Origin: Chitinophagaceae bacterium
Lineage (GTDB): Bacteria; Bacteroidota; Bacteroidia; Chitinophagales; Chitinophagaceae
Length of the DNA stretch: 64,000 nt
Assembly: GCA_947452965.1 (NCBI GenBank)
Contig: CANGEW010000004.1
Location: forward strand, 22,955-86,954
Direction of reading: 5' to 3'
Made by a program: the position numbers and the translations under genes. Shown here in pieces: positions 61,259 through 64,000 of the stretch; position 1 is the first letter of the stretch; each line of letters begins with the position of its first letter. Under the pieces are notes generated by a model. It was not told the DNA's origin. It worked only from the letters and a program-made list of their open reading frames with translations, and did no database searches.

Positions 61259-62512
61259 TTAATTATGCTCTGCCATGTTAGGGATTTCAGCAACCTTATA
61301 CTCGCCAGCATCCAATTTCTTTTTCGTAGCTTCAAAAGCTTTCAATGTGAGTTCGATGTCTTCAAAATCATGAGCTGCTGTTGGAATCAATCGGTATATG
61401 ATGTCTCCTTTTGGAATAACCGGGTATACCACAATGCTACAAAATATGTGATAGTTCTCTCTTAAATCCATCACCATAGCGGTAGCTTCTGGCACATCTC
61501 CCTTCATATAAATTGGGGTAACGGGAGAATTTGTGTTACCTATATCAAATCCTTTTTCTTTTAAACCCGTTTGAAGCTTTTCAACATTATCCCATAGTTT
61601 TTTTCTGAGTTCTGGCATGTTGATCGTCATTTCCATTCTTTTTAGCATACCTTCTACAATCAATAAAGGCAAGCTTTTCGCAAATATTTGCGATCGGGTA
61701 TTGTATCTAAGATATTTAATAACAGCTTTTGGACCACTGATGAAAGCACCGATACTTCCCATACTTTTTACAAAAGTGCTGAAATATAAATCGATTCCTT
61801 CTTGACAACCCTGAGCTTCATCAGCGCCGGCACCTGTTGGCCCCATGTATCCAAAACCGTGAGCGTCATCTATCAGAATTCTAAACTCGTATTTTTTCTT
61901 GAGGGCAACAATCTCTTTTAAAATACCTTGTTCACCGTCCATTCCAAAAACTCCCTCTGTAATTAATAAAATGCCGCCACCATTTTTATTAGCTAGTTCG
62001 GTAGCTCGTTTCAATTGTTTTTCGCAATCTTCAATGTCATTGTGTTTAAAAGCATAACGGTGACCCATATGAAGTCGAACGCCGTCGACTATGCAAGCAT
62101 GTGCCTCTGCATCGTACACGATAACATCTCTTCTGTTTACCAAAGCATCGATACAACTCATGATGCCCTGATAACCGAAATTTAGTAACATCGTGTCTTC
62201 ACGATTTACAAATTGGCTGATTACTTTTTCTAGCTCATCATGTTTATTTGTGTTTCCACTCATCATTCTGGCACCCATTGGGTTGCCCATGCCATATTTG
62301 GCGGCAGCATCCGTATCTACCTGTCTAATATCGGGGTGGTTTACTAATCCTAAATAATTATTCAAACTCCACACAATCATTTCTTTACCTCTAAATTTCA
62401 TTCTGGGGCCTAATTCGCCTTCTAATTTTGGGAAAGCAAAGTATCCATGAGCCCTGTCCATGTGTTGACCTATCGGTCCTCCATCTTTTATCAGTTTTTC
62501 AAAAACATCCAT
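61259..62512 (-). CDS. PLP-dependent alpha-oxoamine synthase, probably cysteate acyltransferase (SulA/CapB, capnine synthesis)
   Basis: NNYLGL, HACIVDG, EGVFGM.G, DDAHG, STFVKS (PLP Lys249); N-terminal HGYFAFPKLEG and SQIFAKS resemble SulA/CapB as recalled. Confidence 0.75.
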   Translation of the reverse strand: MDVFEKLIKDGGPIGQHMDRAHGYFAFPKLEGELGPRMKFRGKEMIVWSLNNYLGLVNHPDIRQVDTDAAAKYGMGNPMGARMMSGNTNKHDELEKVISQFVNREDTMLLNFGYQGIMSCIDALVNRRDVIVYDAEAHACIVDGVRLHMGHRYAFKHNDIEDCEKQLKRATELANKNGGGILLITEGVFGMDGEQGILKEIVALKKKYEFRILIDDAHGFGYMGPTGAGADEAQGCQEGIDLYFSTFVKSMGSIGAFISGPKAVIKYLRYNTRSQIFAKSLPLLIVEGMLKRMEMTINMPELRKKLWDNVEKLQTGLKEKGFDIGNTNSPVTPIYMKGDVPEATAMVMDLRENYHIFCSIVVYPVIPKGDIIYRLIPTAAHDFEDIELTLKAFEATKKKLDAGEYKVAEIPNMAEHN

Positions 62513-62546
62513 CGAAATAAGTGATTAGCTGGTTAAGAATTAGGCA

Positions 62547-62554
62547 CAAAAGTA
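62547..62554 (-). promoter_or_regulatory. -7 promoter element (TACTTTTG) for the oxoamine synthase gene
   Basis: TAnnTTTG, 34 nt upstream of the ATG. Confidence 0.6.
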
Positions 62555-62679
62555 GTGTTTTATGCACAATTTTCAGCAGCTTTAAGCCTTGATTATGTCA
62601 AATGAAAGACTTACGGCAAAATTCAGAGATCACATTGTTTTTAATTCTTACTTTTTATTTTTTTACTTTTCCTTTGAGG

Positions 62680-62687
62680 TATATTTG
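62680..62687 (+). promoter_or_regulatory. -7 promoter element (TATATTTG) for pafA
   Basis: TAnnTTTG, 14 nt upstream of ATG 62702. Confidence 0.6.
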
Positions 62688-62701
62688 TCTAAATTTTTTT
62701 T

Positions 62702-64000
62702 ATGTACTCAAAAAGGGTTATTGCATGTATAGTTTTTTTGATTAGTTGTCAATTGTATGCACAGAAGAAGTCTGCTGTTATGCAATCTGCAAACACTGAA
62801 AAGCCCAAAATTGTTATAGGCTTGGTAGTAGATCAAATGAGATGGGACTATTTGTATAAATTCCAATCCAAATATGGTAATAACGGCTTTAAAAAGCTTT
62901 TAAAATCTGGCTTTAGCTGCGATAATACTATGATTACACATATGCCCACATATACAGCGGTTGGACATACAGGTATCTACACAGGTAGCATTCCGGCACT
63001 TCACGGAATTGTTGGCAATAACTGGTATGATAAATCTCAAGCTAAAATGATGTATTGTACTCAAGATGATTCAGTTCAAGGTGTCGGTACAAACTCAGAG
63101 GAAGGTAAAATGAGCCCTAAAAACTTAGTGACCAATACGATTACTGATGAGCTTAGGTTGAGTAATAATTTTCAGTCTAGAGTTATTGGAATTTCGCTAA
63201 AAGACAGAGGCGCGATTTTGCCAGCCGGACATAGCGCGAATGCCGCTTATTGGTATGACGAAAAAGAGGGCAAATGGATTTCAAGCACCTACTACATGAG
63301 CAAATTACCTAACTGGGTTAAAGCTTTTAATGAAAGAAAAATTCCAGATGCATACATGAACGGAACTTGGAATACACTACTTCCTTTGAGTGATTATTCG
63401 TTAAGTAGCAGTGATGAAGAAATATATGAGGGCAACATTCCCGGAGATAAGTCTACTGTTTTTCCTCATCAACTTAGCTCTATCAAAGAAAAAAGATACA
63501 CAGCCTTTAAGTACACTCCATTTGGGAATACCTTTACGATTGATTTCGCAAAATCTGCCATGGAAAATGAAAAAATGGGTAAAGGCGCTGCAACCGATTT
63601 CATAACCATCAGTCTTTCTTCTACTGACTATATCGGACATACTTTTGGTCCTAACTCAGTTGAAATAGAAGATACGTATCTAAGATTAGATCAAGATATT
63701 GCTGGCTTTATAAATTATCTTGATTCTAGTTATGGAAAAAACAACTACATGATTTTTTTAACGGCAGATCATGGAGTGGCCCACAATCCTTCTTTTTTAA
63801 ATGAACATCATTTGCCGGGAGAAACCTATAACAACAAGGATTTGATTAAAGAGTTGAATGATTCAATTAGTGTCAATTTTCAAATAAAAGATGCAGTAAC
63901 TAAAATTGAAAATGCTCAAGTCTATATAAATGATCGCTTGTTTTATCAGGGGATTTGTAATCCAGCTTTGGTGGGGTATATCGTGTATTTGTTACAATCC
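62702..64000 (+). CDS. pafA: PafA-type alkaline phosphatase, truncated at the window edge (absent from the ORF track)
   Basis: Hand translation: MYSKRVIACIVFLISCQLYAQ..KPKIVIGLVVDQMRWDYL..PTYTAVGH..GIVGNNWY..SLKDRGAILPAGH..STDYIGHTFGPNS..TADHG. Confidence 0.9.
   Translation, partial: MYSKRVIACIVFLISCQLYAQKKSAVMQSANTEKPKIVIGLVVDQMRWDYLYKFQSKYGNNGFKKLLKSGFSCDNTMITHMPTYTAVGHTGIYTGSIPALHGIVGNNWYDKSQAKMMYCTQDDSVQGVGTNSEEGKMSPKNLVTNTITDELRLSNNFQSRVIGISLKDRGAILPAGHSANAAYWYDEKEGKWISSTYYMSKLPNWVKAFNERKIPDAYMNGTWNTLLPLSDYSLSSSDEEIYEGNIPGDKSTVFPHQLSSIKEKRYTAFKYTPFGNTFTIDFAKSAMENEKMGKGAATDFITISLSSTDYIGHTFGPNSVEIEDTYLRLDQDIAGFINYLDSSYGKNNYMIFLTADHGVAHNPSFLNEHHLPGETYNNKDLIKELNDSISVNFQIKDAVTKIENAQVYINDRLFYQGICNPALVGYIVYLLQS

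Noticed and set aside
207-63640. Numerous 60-160 aa ORFs overlapping larger genes (e.g. 207-548, 7116-7469, 37646-38125, 46573-46956, 63401-63640)
   Set aside because: Antisense or off-frame shadows of well-supported CDSs, with no recognisable motifs

Overview
AT-rich, very gene-dense chromosomal segment of a Bacteroidota bacterium, probably Chitinophagaceae-like (inferred from TAnnTTTG promoters, absence of Shine-Dalgarno motifs, T9SS genes and gene content). It holds about 57 CDS, mostly housekeeping or metabolic: icd, pepT, slyD, fmt, the split-alpha pnt transhydrogenase, thyA-folA, mnmA, prmC, ribD, mrp, kynU, kynA, pyrF, gcdH, hbd, aroK, ftsK, pth, glmM, iscS, mutS, lolA and ubiX. It also carries a PorP/SprF gene paired with a 1515-aa repeat-rich type-B T9SS cargo, a probable cysteate acyltransferase for capnine/sulfonolipid synthesis, and a PafA-type phosphatase that runs off the right edge and is missing from the ORF track. 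I saw no tRNA, rRNA, CRISPR array, transposase, integrase or prophage. The most unusual non-coding feature is a ~170-bp element between divergent thyA and mnmA. It consists of two modules of head-to-head 9-bp repeats that fold into long hairpins, and the mismatches strongly favour the minus strand. Other candidates are an M1 peptidase/HupE-UreJ/DUF6702 module, a secreted chimeric hydrolase and a lipoprotein with an HFS autoproteolysis-like motif. All calls rest on motif recognition and memory; no database search was run.
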